DNA of 59,563 nucleotides, the filler included, from Rhizaria sp. SCN 62-66 (taxonomy: Eukaryota), in NCBI GenBank assembly GCA_001724265.1. It is 2 parts of 2 records of this genome, joined end to end, with 100 filler letters (N's around TTAATTAATTAA, not from the genome) between each part and the next. Parts side by side here need not be neighbours in the genome. Positions count along the whole stretch, not along the records: positions 29,946 to 59,563 come from MEDY01000378.1; 1 more part is not named here. One strand, written 5' to 3'. The notes beneath the pieces are model-generated. The model was not told the DNA's origin, did not search any database, and was given only the letters and a program-made list of their open reading frames with translations. The position numbers were made by a program, and so were the translations under genes. This document shows, one piece after another, positions 36,401 to 47,875 of the stretch; position 1 is the first letter of the stretch; every line of letters begins with the position of its first letter.

Positions 36401-37229
36401 CCGGGGCCGAAGGTCGCGCTGGAGCCAGCGCTGGAGCCCTTCGCCGCCGCAGGAGCGAGAGCGAGAGCCGAGGTCGGGACCGCGGCAGGGCCAGCGGCAG
36501 AGGCAGCGGCGGGCGCAGCGGCGGCGGCGGCGGGGACCGGGACGCCGGGGGGCAGCGCGTATGGCGCCGGCGCGCGCTGCTTGAGCGTGAGAGTGTGGAT
36601 GGTGGTGACCGTAGGCAGCGACACCACCAGCGTGAGCACCAGCCCCAGCTGTGACAGCGGCAGCCGCAGCGGCAGCGGCTGGGGCTGCCGCTACGACGGC
36701 GGCGGTAGTAGATGTGAGCTACTCGAGCTGCCGCCGTCGCAGTCGCCATCCCTCATCTCGCCCCGCCAGGATTGACTCTGCCGCTGGCGCGCGGTGGGCG
36801 CGGTGAGCGCAGTGAGGGAGAAGACGAGGACGCGGCCGCGCGAGGTGCCGGCGACGAGCGCGTCGCCGTGGGGCGTCCACGCGGCCGCCGTCGCGCGCTC
36901 CGCCGCCGCCGCCACGCTCGAGCTCGTCGTAGCGTGCGGCGCCGGCGCCACCAGGAACGGCAGAGGTGCAGGTGCAGGCGCAGGCTGCGGCAGAGACTGG
37001 GGCAGGGCCGGCTCGAACTGCGACTGCGACTTGACAGCGGAACTACTGCTGCCGCTGCCGATGCCGTCGCCGCTGCTGTCGTTGCCGTCCTGGCTGTCAG
37101 AGTCCTGCAGCTGAACCTGCTGTAACAGCCGCTGCTGCTGCTGCTGCTGCTCTTGCAGCTGCTGCGCGACAAGCGCGGCCGGCGGCTCGTACCACTGCCG
37201 CAGCCCCAGCGCGCCACTCAGCAGCAGCA

Positions 37230-37260
<31 letters not shown>

Positions 37261-38226
37261 AGACTGCTGCTGAGACTGCTGCTGCTGCTGTTGCTCCACA
37301 CTGCGCTGCCGCAGCGTCGCGCCAATCACGGTGCCCGCGGACGGCGGCTGCAGCCAGAGCCGGCCCGGCAGCGTCTCCGGCGCTGACACGGCCGCCACGG
37401 CCAACGCGGCAGCAGCAGCAGCAGCAGCATCGTCAGCCGCGCACGAGCTCGAGCTCGAGCTGGAGCTGGAGCCTGAGGGCACAGTGGCGGCGGCGGCAGC
37501 GGCGGCAATGGCCGCGTCGGCCGCCGCCTCCCCCGGTTTGCCGCCGCCGGAGCTGCCGGCCGCGCTGCCGCTGCCGCCGCTGCTGTTGAGGTTCATGGCG
37601 GCGATGCGGCGCTTGGCGGCGCGGGCCGCAGTCTGCGCGGCGAAGGGGTCGATCCGCGCGGCCGTGCCCGAGGGGTCGGCGTCCAGGTCCACAACGAGCG
37701 CGCCGAGCCCCAGCGCGGCGGCGCCGGCCGCGGCGGCGCTCGCGGAGGCGGGGCCGGCGAGCGGGCAGAGCACGGCGAGGTGCGGCAGCGTCGGGTGCAG
37801 CTGCGACCAGCGCAGCGGGAAAGGAACCGACACCACGCGGTCCGCCGCGCCGCACGACACCACCGCGCCACACGACAGCGTTGCAGTGCGCGCGCCACCC
37901 GCCGCGTCTGCGTCGGCGTGCGAGCATGAAACAGGGCGCGGCGCGAGGTCGAAGCGGGCGGCGGTGCCGTCGCTGGAGGAGGCGAAGACGTAGCGACCGT
38001 CGCGCGTGCTCGAGACAGAGATGACGGGGCCCGTAAGCCCGCGCAGGCGCGCCGCAATGGTGTGCGCCGCGGTGTCCCACAGCACAACGTCGCCCGAGGC
38101 CGTGCCGACGAGCAACACAGAGCCCTTGCGCGTGAAGGCGCAACAGGTCGCGACGCCGACGTCGACCGTGGACTCGAGCACCGAGGGGAAGTCGGCCTCG
38201 AACGGGTCCGACAGCGCGAGGTCCAT
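30460..38226 (-). CDS. RBBP5: RBBP5/SWD1 COMPASS (H3K4 methyltransferase) WD40 subunit, ~2588 aa, one in-frame TAG (36691-36693)
   Basis: N-terminus MDLALSDPFEADFP...CAFTRKGSVLLVGTASGDVVLWD. After the TAG: LAVNSSDRTIRFF, DIIERVTWKTVAFT, WDLACHPLRPVVASV and the diagnostic EKWSAFAPDFLELTDNVAYVEREDEYD. Same frame throughout, stop TAA. Confidence 0.9.
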
Positions 38227-38883
38227 CGCGCGGGCGGAGCAGCGCTCGCGAAGCGCGGGGCGCGGGGACGCGGTGTGTAAGGCCCGGGTTGGGCGGGAGC
38301 GGTGGCGGGAGCGCGGGAAAAAAGAGGGCGAGGAAGGGGAAAAGTGCGAGAGCTGGGAAAGGAAAGAAAATGGAATGGAACAGTTAGAATTGAAAATCTT
38401 CGCATAATTGTAAATGTTCTTCCATGAAAAGGTAGTTATATCCCTATTAACGGAGGTCTCACAGAGAACATAACACTTTCGCAGGAGGGCCCCGTTTGGC
38501 GCTCTCCAGTGCATTGGCGCTGACTGGCAGCCTCGGTCAACTCGGTCGATCGGTCTGGTCGACCGAGCTTGGTTGGTCGAGCAAAGTCAAGCCGCCAAGT
38601 TGGTGATTGTGGTGGAAACAATTGAACTCTCTGGAAGGACCATTTCGACCGTCTATGCGTTTCTGCGCATCACAATCGCTATTTTCTTGTTGCGATCTTT
38701 CTATGCATATTTTCTCTGGCGCTGTACAAAACCGTCTTGGCACTGAGATCGCCCCTGATTTGGAGCTGAGTCGCGTCTGAATGAGACGTTGAGTGACCCC
38801 ACCTGTTATCGGCCTGAATTCTTCCCGTATACTCACTGATTTCTATCTGCCTTTTTACTGCACTGTACCCACGCTTGCAAAAG

Positions 38884-39980
38884 ATGTTCCCCACGTCGAA
38901 CGACTACGACCGCGGCATCAACACCTTCTCTCCTGAGGGTCGTTTGTTCCAGGTCGAGTATGCCATCGAGGCTGTCAAGGTTCGTCCCATCTCCCGTCTC
39001 ACCGCCTTCGTCTGAACCTGCCTACGTCTCACATCCTGTGCTCGCCCCTGCAGTGCCTTATCCCACACGCACACGTCTGTAGGCGCTGCCCTGCTTGATC
39101 CCTGCACTCGCACTGACCTCATGATGCCCTTCGTAAATCTCACAATGACAATCTTCCTTCTCTTTGCTTTCCTGTCTTTTTCTTGGTTCTCCTTCCCCCC
39201 TTAGCTCGGCTCTACTGCCGTGGGCGTGCAAGTTGCCGAGGGCGTTGTGCTGGCCGTTGAAAAGCGCTCGACGTCGAAGCTGCTGGTCTCGTCCTCGCTG
39301 CGCAAGATCGAGAAGCTGGACAACCACATTTACTGCGCCATGTCTGGCGTCGTCCCCGACGCGCGCACGCTTATCGAGCACGCGCGCGTCGAGACGCAGA
39401 CGCACTGGTTCAACTTCGACGAGCCGATCAAGGTGTCCCGCGCGGTGTCGGCGATGTGCGACATGGCGTCTGGCTTCGGCGAGGGCAACATGGCGCGTCC
39501 CTTCGGCGTCGCGCTGCTCGTCGGCGGCGTCGACGAGGACGGGCCCGCACTCTACCACCTCGACCCCTCCGGCACAAAGACCAGGTACGTGTGCACATAG
39601 CGCGACGACCGAACAAGATCATGTTCTTGCTTTCACTCTTACGATGTTGATTTATGTTACGCAATCTGTCCCCATGACTCAATCACTCACACATACTGCT
39701 TTCTCTCTCTCTCCTCTTTTGTTTTGCACAACACACTCTCCCTCTGGTATCTCTTCTTCTGTCTCTCTTGTTTGCTCTGCACCACAGGTTCACCGCCAAG
39801 GTGATCGGTGCCGGCGCCGAGGCGGCCCAGGCGACGCTCAAGGAGCAGTACAACAAGAGCATGTCGCTCGAGGATGCCAAGAAGCTCGCGCTCGACATCC
39901 TCAAGCAGGTCATGGAGGAGAAGATCACCGAGCACAACGTCGAGGTTGCGCTCATCCCTCTCGCCGTTGCCGCAGTCTAA
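38884..39980 (+). CDS. PSMA5: 20S proteasome subunit alpha-5; exons 38884-38979, 39205-39584, 39788-39980
   Basis: [39 protein letters not shown]...[17 protein letters not shown]...ARPFGVALL...LKQVMEEK. Introns GTTCGT..TAG and GTACGT..CAG. Stop TAA. Confidence 0.95.
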
Positions 39981-40428
39981 GTCGCAACGCAAACCAGATC
40001 AAAAACGTCTTGAAAACAACCTCTAAGTAAATTGCCCGAAAGCGGGAACGTCTAACTGCGTACGGCTGAATGAATGCTTTAGTTTTGCGCTCGGACGGGG
40101 GTGAAAATAATGTTTAAGTGTGATTGGTGTTGATGACAACAAGGAGAAAAACCAAAAGTAAGAAACTTGTGTTTATATTCTGAAGCTTGGCCCTCGCATT
40201 GCTGAAATGCATAACTTAAACAATGAATATTACGTAGTATTAGTATCATAACAAAGTCACTATAGCAACAAAAGAAACAAAAATACCAATAATAAGATAA
40301 AAACAACAAATAATAAACAATTTTCTTTGAAACCGACGCATCAAATCCCTTGACATGACTGACAATCTTTCATCTCACTGCTCACACTTGACCAACACTC
40401 TGCTCGTAGAACAGTCGCCCTTCGCGCT

Positions 40429-41543
40429 TCACTGTTCCTGGCAGTCGCTGAGCACGGCCTCGCAGCGCGCAGCCAGCGCGAACTCCTTTTCCAGCCCGGC
40501 CGCTGTGAGCGGCAGCACGCGCACGCGGCCCGCGCTCTTGGCCACAGCCGAGCTGTTATTGTCACTGCCGCTGCCACTGCTATTGCTATTGGCATTGCCA
40601 CCGCCGAGGAGGAGCGGGAGCTGGTCGATGGCCCGGCCGCGCGCAAACAGCATCACCGTGGGGACCTGCTTGGTGAACAGCGCAAGGTTGATGTTGTACC
40701 GCTGCGCCAGCGACGGGTCCGCGTCGACGTTCATCGCGTAGAAGCGCAGGTTTTCGGACGAGTAGCGCCGCGACAGTGCGTGGAACGACCGCAGGAACGC
40801 CTTTGACCGCGACGCTGCGGGCGAGTACAGCAACACGACCTGCTGAGGCGGCTGCGAGGGGTCCGCCAGCGTCTCAGCGGCGCCGGCGTCGCGCAGCACG
40901 GCGACGAGCGAGCGGGCGGGCACAAAGGGCGGCCGCTTCAGCAGGACCGCGAAGACGAAGAGCGCGATGCCGTACCAACCGGCCAGGCGCGGCCACGCGA
41001 AGTAGGCCAGCAGCAGCACGGCCACGCGGAGCGGCATCAGCAAATCGTAGAGGAAATGCTCGACGGTGATGGCGGTGCGCCAGCGGTAGCGGCCCCACAG
41101 GAAGAGAGTGATGTACACCTGGGCCTCCTGTTGTGATGCGACATGGAATAACACGAGGGATACAAATCTTGTTAGTGAGTTTGAATATAAAATTGTACAA
41201 TATAACATTGTGACAACATATCACATAATATATTTGAAATTTGGAAACATATGCCTTGATTTGGCCGAGAAGTGCGTACGCGCGTGAGCCCGAGCCAGTC
41301 CGCCTGGGGCAGAGAGCCCAGCTCCTTAAGCAGAAACAGCCGCACAGGGACCCAGGAGAGCACAACGATGTAGTTAAACGCAAACGCGGGCTCAAACAGG
41401 TAGCCCAGCACCATGTCGCGCAGCGTCTTGTCGTCGCGGTCGAGCGTGTGGCGCGGGCGCGCGCTCGCGGGGCTCGATGAGGCTTCAGACGGGGAAGACG
41501 ATAGCATGCTGGCTGAGCTGTTGCCACTGCGGCGGGGCGGCAT
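40429..41543 (-). CDS. TMX2: Thioredoxin-related transmembrane protein 2-like; exons 41543-41280 and 41127-40429
   Basis: REAQVYITLFLW..RTAITVEHFL..LLKRPP membrane region followed by a Cys-less thioredoxin fold (LSRRYSSENLRFYAMNV..LAQRYNI..TKQVPTVMLF). Intron 41128-41279 is GTACGC..CAG. Stop TGA. Confidence 0.8.
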
Positions 41544-42058
41544 GGACACTAGAGGTGGCGAAAGGAAGTGAAATACAAATATGTTACGTGAGAGTATATG
41601 GAGTTGTCGGGACGTAGGTATATCACATAGGTGCTTGATTTTAATGGCATGAGAAAGGTAAACATAAGTTGGCTAGTTCACTAACCGTTGGACGATCGAC
41701 CTTCAGAAATCCTATTGTAGCGCTAGAAGATTGACATAATATGACAATTAAAGGTCAGGTATGATAGAAACGCTATGCAGTAATAATGGTACACGCCGCC
41801 TGTCAGTATATGCGTTGATTAATGCAGCAAGCAGGCTTGTTTTGTGTGAGGATTGCGGATGCTCGGCTCGAGTCGGCGAAGCAATCGGCAAAAAAACAAT
41901 CTCGCACTTCATCGCCTGGCCGCTATCGTCCGTTAATAAGCGACGCGTATAGAGATCAAAGGTATTACACTCATTTACAGCCATTTACAAAATAATACTT
42001 TCCCAGAAGCTTATCTTAGGTTTGTCGTATCCTTTTTGTTCTCGTCAAAGTCAAACGC

Positions 42059-44200
42059 ATGGAGCCTGCTGCGCCCGCACTACACGCGGCCGCCGCGTCG
42101 GCTGCCACGGCCACCTGCGAGTCCCTGCGTGCCGCGCTCTAGGCCGAGTCTCTGAAGGTTTTGCGTCTGCGCCACGACTACGAGCAGGCCTCGCAGCGCC
42201 TGCTCGCGATCCGCGCCAAGCTTGACAGCGCAACCAGCGCTGCCGAGGCCGACGCCGACGCAACTTTGCTCTCGGCCTCGTCCTCGCTCGTGTCGCCGCA
42301 CCTGTCCACGGACTTGCGCGTGCATGTGACCGTTCCCAGCGCATTTTTACCACAAACCACATTTCCATCTGCTAATGAGAACAAGGATTGCGCGACCAGC
42401 AGCTCTAGCGCCAGCAGCTCGGACTCGAGCGCCAGTGCCAGCGCCAGCGCCAGCGCCACGCGCGCGGCCCCGACGGACCCGGGCTTCCTCCCGCGCGCGG
42501 CGAAGAAGGCGCGTGTGTTCTCGGTGGCGCGCCCGCGGCCCGACGGGCACCTGCTGTCTCAGCTCTGCGTCGTGCTCGTGCGCACCGAGGGCGGCGTCAA
42601 CCTGGGCCAGATCTGCCGCACCGCTGCCAACCTGGGCGTCACCGACGTGCGCCTTGTCGCGCCGGAGTGCGCGCCGCTGAGCGCCGACGCGCGCCGCTTT
42701 GCGCACCACGCGCTGCCGCTGCTGGCGCACCTGCCGACGTACGCGTCATTGTCGGCCGCGGTCCGCGACTGCGAGCTCATCGTCGGCACCTCAGGCAAGG
42801 ACTGCGCGGGCCAGTTGCGCGGCGTCGCCTGGCTTGCGCCGCACGAGGTCCCCGCTGCCTGCCACAAGGCCGGCGTCTGGACCGGCGCCGTCCCCGCCGC
42901 CGCCGGCGACTCGGGTAGCAACAGTGGCGCCGGGAGCGCGAAGGATAAGAACACTGTCATTGGTTCCCGCAAGAGTGCGGCGGCCTTCAACGGCGCCGCT
43001 GCTCTTGCTGCTGCCAACAACGCAAGCAACAGCAGTGGCGCGAATGCTGATCAGCTGGCGATGACGACGGGCAATGTCAACAACATTGCCAACGTCAACG
43101 ACTACAGCGACTGCGATGACAATGATAGCGACTGCGACAGCGACACGGACAACGACGAGGACAGCGACGGTCACGACGATGACGCCAAGGAGACTGCCGC
43201 CAAGCGACGCGGCACGGGCGCGGACGCCGCGTGCCGCGGGCTCGACGTCGTGGCGATGATCGAGCAGGCCCTCGCGCGCGGCGTGCCGACCCTGCGCTCG
43301 CGGCCGCGGCGGCGGTACCGCAGCCAGGGTCCGCGCGTGGCGCTCGTGTTCGGAAACGAGGCGGACGGCATGACGCTCGCGGAGCTGCGTCAGTGCTCCC
43401 ACATGGTCACCATCCCCATGCGCGGCGCGTACCCCAGCATGAACCTCGCGCACGCCGTCACCGCCTGCCTCTTCGCCATCGAACACGCAGGGTGGCCTGC
43501 GGCGATCGCGGCCGCCGCTGGCGCCGCTACCAACGCCGCTGCTGCGCCGACGGGCATGAACACGACGACGCAGGTGAGCGTCCGCGACGGCTCTGAGGAC
43601 GTCTGCCTGCCTCTCCCAGCAGCAGCGGCAGCGACGGTGGCCTCCTCAGCGGGCTCGGGCTCTGGCGCGGGTAACGGCGCTCCGCACACCGGCAGCGCGA
43701 CTGCAGCGCTGCGCACGGTCGCCGTGGGCGGCGGCCACGCGCGGTCCGGCGCCGTGGCGCGCGCGGCGCCGCGCAGCCTGCTGGAACGGCTGCGGACGAC
43801 GCTGGAGGCGACGCTGCACCGACTCGAGGCCGGCATGGCCGTCACAAAGCCCGCGCAGCTGCACGCAATCACACAGCGCCTGCTGCGCACCGCCGCCGCG
43901 AGCAGCAGCAACGGCAGCAGCGACAGTGGCAGTGGCAGTGGCAGCGGCAGTTGCGCCGCGAACGAGAGCGCGACCGCCACAGCCTGCAGCGCCAAGGGCG
44001 GCTTCAGCGAGGCCGACGCGGGGTTCTGCCTGGGCGCGCTGCTGACGCTGAATCAGCGGCTGGACGCGCTGGCCAACAAGAACTCCGGCGCTGCGGTGCC
44101 CCCTCTGGAGCTGGAGCGGTTCCAAGCGCTCGCGCTGGCCGCGGACGTCGGCGCGGAGCTGCGGGCCAAGCCCACGCGCAGCACGGACGCGTTCAAGTGA
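42059..44200 (+). CDS. SPOUT RNA 2'-O-methyltransferase, TrmJ/LasT-like, 713 aa, in-frame TAG at 42140-42142
   Basis: Motifs VVLVRTEGGVNLGQICRTAANLGVTDVRLVAP, LIVGTSG, VALVFGNEADGMT..ELRQC..VTIP..YPSMNLAHAV. The only in-frame ATG upstream of the first catalytic motif is 42059, which needs reading through ..SLRAAL*AESLKVLR.. Stop TGA. Confidence 0.85.
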
Positions 44201-44877
44201 GAGAACATCAAGCGCACTAGCTTCACTTTATTTCACACGGTTACCTGCGGGCCGCGTATAGGCAATTATATAGCAGCTGTACTTTAAAACGCTTGACAGT
44301 GTCTTCGGGTCGATCAAGAGACTTCAGTGCCATTGCCATCCAAAGGCCCATAAGCGAAAACGACTGCAACTTCAAGTGATATAGGAAATATGTTGGATCA
44401 ACAATACATTGTTAGCATGCGGCGTATCATTTTGAGTCCACCTATGTTTGTCTTGTTCTTGAAGCAAATAAATTCGTTGAGATATCATCGCCTTAACATT
44501 ACTGTACGTTCCGTGTCTCAAAAGCGACTCCACAGCTTGCTCGGTCTTGGTGGCGGACACCCACCACTCCGGCCAGTTTGCGTGTGTCAAAGCGCCATAA
44601 TAAGACCCGGGATTATTCGTCCAATCTTAATGCTGACGATGTAAAGCGAATGATTTCTTTGTTTTGTTTCAATTTTTCTTTTTATATTCTTCGAAGCCGC
44701 GATTATCTTGCTATCCTGGACACTCGATGCGCCGCACTGGCCCATGCTCGCAACCCAAACGTTGCGTGTCCGGTTTTCTGACATAACTCTCTGAAACAAA
44801 GTCCATTGTGGTGAATATATGCGTTAAACAGTTCTAACTACACTAAAACATGTAATTGTGCTTTTTTTCATGATTAG

Positions 44878-47155
44878 ATGAGTGACAGCGACTCTGATTA
44901 CGTTTCCGACGACGGTGAGCGCTGGGATGGTTGGGACGAGAACAACACCGAGTCCTCCGCCCCAATCCAGGACCTTGTTGCCCCTGAGAACACCCACGCC
45001 TCTGCGTCCGCCTTCTTTTCTGCCACCAAGGCCGCGTACGACATCGACATCCTGGCCTACTTTGCTGAGGAGAAGCTCGACTTGTATGACCGCATGCGCG
45101 CTATTAACACCCTGCGCCGCACAGCCGCCGGGGGCTCCGTGGCGCCCGCTGCGCTGCTGACCCACCTCAAGACGACCACTGCGGCGTGGCGCGGCACGGA
45201 TGACGCGCTGCTGCCCGCCGTGGAGGCGGACGCGCTCCTGCAGTGGCTCGTTGAGGTCGGCCACGGCGCCGACTACGACGACTCGGACGACGACGCCGAC
45301 GCCGACCCCGCCGACGGTGGCAACGCCTACGGCAAGGACACGACGACGGTGCCCGAGCCCGCGGAGGAGGAGCGCGCGGAGACGGTCCCCGCGGCGGCGC
45401 TGCGCGCGAGCGTGCACGAGTCGCGCGCGCTGCGGCAGCAGGTGGACGAGCTGCGTGAGGTGGTTGCGCGCATGACCGCCACGCTCCAGGACTTCGCGCA
45501 GCACGCCGCCGTCAACGCAGACGGCGCCGCGGCGGGCACTAGCGCTGCTGGCGCTGCTAGCGTGGCGTCACTGGGCGAGCGACTGCCGGGCGTGCCGCGC
45601 GACGACCTCAAGGCCAACGACGCGTCCTACTTCTCGGGCTACTCGCAGCGCGGCATCCACGAGGTGATGCTTAAGGACAAGATCCGCACCGAGAGTTACC
45701 GCGACGCGATGCTGGCGCGCGCTGAGGAGCTGTTCAAGGACAAGGTAGTGCTCGACGTCGGCTGCGGCTCGGGTATCCTGACCATGTTCGCCGCGCGCGC
45801 CGGTGCCAAGCTCTGCATCGGCGTCGACGCCGCCGACATCATCGACAAGACGCGCACGATTGTCGCCACCAACGGGCTGGCGGACCGCGTGAAGCTCGTC
45901 AAGGGCAAGGTCGAGGAGGTGACGCTGCCCGCGGGCGCCGAGGCCGTCGACATTATCGTCTCTGAATGGATGGGCTACTTCCTGCTCTACGAGTCGATGC
46001 TGCCCTCGGTGCTGTACGCCCGCGACAAGTGGCTGCGCCGTAAGGACGGCCGCTCCGCCTACCAGCACTGCCTCGACCGCGCCGGCGTCACGCCCGCGGC
46101 CTACGCCACCACGCCCGCGAGCGTCTACAGCGCCGCCGAAAGCTACACGAACGAGATTGAGTTCGCGACAGGCAGCTTCCTCTTCCCCGACTCGAGCCGC
46201 ATGTTCGTGGCCGGTGTCGACACGCGCGCGCTCCGCGCCGACCGCCAGTGCTTCTGGCGCGACGTCTACGGCTTTGACATGTCCGCGCTCATGACGCCCG
46301 ATGAGGCGTTTCCCGGCGAGTCGGTCGACGTGCTCGAGGCCGGCGACGCCTGCCGCGTCACCGACGAGTGCGGCCTCCAGGTACGGCGACATCATAAAGT
46401 TGACAACATGGAAATGAGGGAAGTCATCACAAGTGATGGACTGATATGATATATTCATGACACGTTCTATATTTTTGCGTATATTTTTATTCTATTTTAT
46501 TGCTTTTTTTCTGTTTCTCAATCGTATATGTTATTGAATCATGACTGAGTATTTCTATCTGACCCAAGTTGTTGCTTTCTACCGCTCTATTCTTTTCCTC
46601 ACTTTCTATTGCATATCTCCTTTCCTCCCTTCTCAGGCGTTCGACCTGCAGACCGTCGCGTCCGCGCAGCTTGACTTTGTGTCGCACGTGACGCTCACGG
46701 CGACCAAGGACGACGCCGTTGAGGCCTTCGCCGTCTGGTTCGACACCGTCTTCTCCTCGGCCGCGCGCCGCCCCTCCGGCGCGGCCCCTGCGTCGCCGGT
46801 GCACCGCGGGCCCGCACCCGGCGAGGGCGACTTTGCGTCCGCGGCGGCCGTACGCGCGCTCGACGGTTCCGTGGTGCTGGACACAGCCTTCAGCGAGCCG
46901 CCGACGCACTGGAAGCAGTCAGTCTTCCGCCTCTCGCGCGTGTGCAGCGTCAGGGCGGGCGACAAGATTGAGCTCGTTCTCAAGGCCACGCGCCGCAGCA
47001 CGAACCACCGCCACTACAACGTCGAGGTGTTCTACACGCTGCGGCCCGCGGCGGGCGGCGCGGCGGCGGCGAAGCCCGCGGGCAAGCCTGACCCTCTCAA
47101 CACTGAGTGGGCCGAGCCCAACGTCGAGTACCAGCAGATGTACTCGCTCCAGTAA
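44878..47155 (+). CDS. PRMT3: Protein arginine N-methyltransferase 3-like; exons 44878-46380 and 46637-47155
   Basis: YFSGYS..IHEVMLKDKIRTESYR, VLDVGCGSGIL, DIIVSEWMGYFLLYESML, THWKQ loop. PRMT3-type acidic N-terminus and LDLYDRMRAINTLR segment. Intron GTACGG..CAG. Stop TAA. Confidence 0.9.
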
Positions 47156-47875
47156 GCGGGCGAGGCCGTCGGCGATCAAACGAGGCAGTTCGCCTGCCAG
47201 CCAATGTGCTTGCAAACGAGTGAGCGAGTGGTGAGCGAGTTGGATAAGGTGTAACTGTCGCGCTCATGCTGTGCTGCTGCGCTTGTGTAATATGTAGTGA
47301 CAATTTTGTTTCTAACCTAGGATGAGTGCCTCGTTCTCTAATGACATTATATACGTACGTATGTAGTGAATAAATCTGTGTTTAGTTTTGGTATTGTAAG
47401 TTGAATAGTTGAAAAGATCTTAATACAAGTAAGTACCGATAGAAACCTTTAATTGACATCGCGCATGTTGCAAGGCATCAAAGGTTTACTCAAGATTTGG
47501 ATCAAATCACCTCAGTTTGTCAAATAGAATGGTTTCTAAAATGTTATTTCTCATTTTTGCAATCACAACTGGTCTGTATTTCAACCCATACTCAATGTTT
47601 GTGCTTTTGGTCATGCAGCTGTAGTGTGTTAGCTCAGCCTGCGCCGACGTGGTGCCTAAGAAATGAAGCAGACACTCCCGTGATAGCTTTATGGTTAAAG
47701 ATGGGTTAGCTAGGATAACCCAGTTTTCCAATCAACTATCTCTACCGTTCTAAAACGGAGACGATGATGCACTTTGTTTTCTACGAGTATTTGCATTCCA
47801 AATAATATCACTCCTCTCTCCCAACCCTCCTTTCGCGCACTCACTACATCATCTCATAACACGTGTAGAACGTGC

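Noticed and set aside
38541-38567. 9-bp inverted repeat CTCGGTCGA/TCGACCGAG in the RBBP5-PSMA5 divergent promoter
   Set aside because: Short, and not seen in the other divergent promoters; function cannot be supported.
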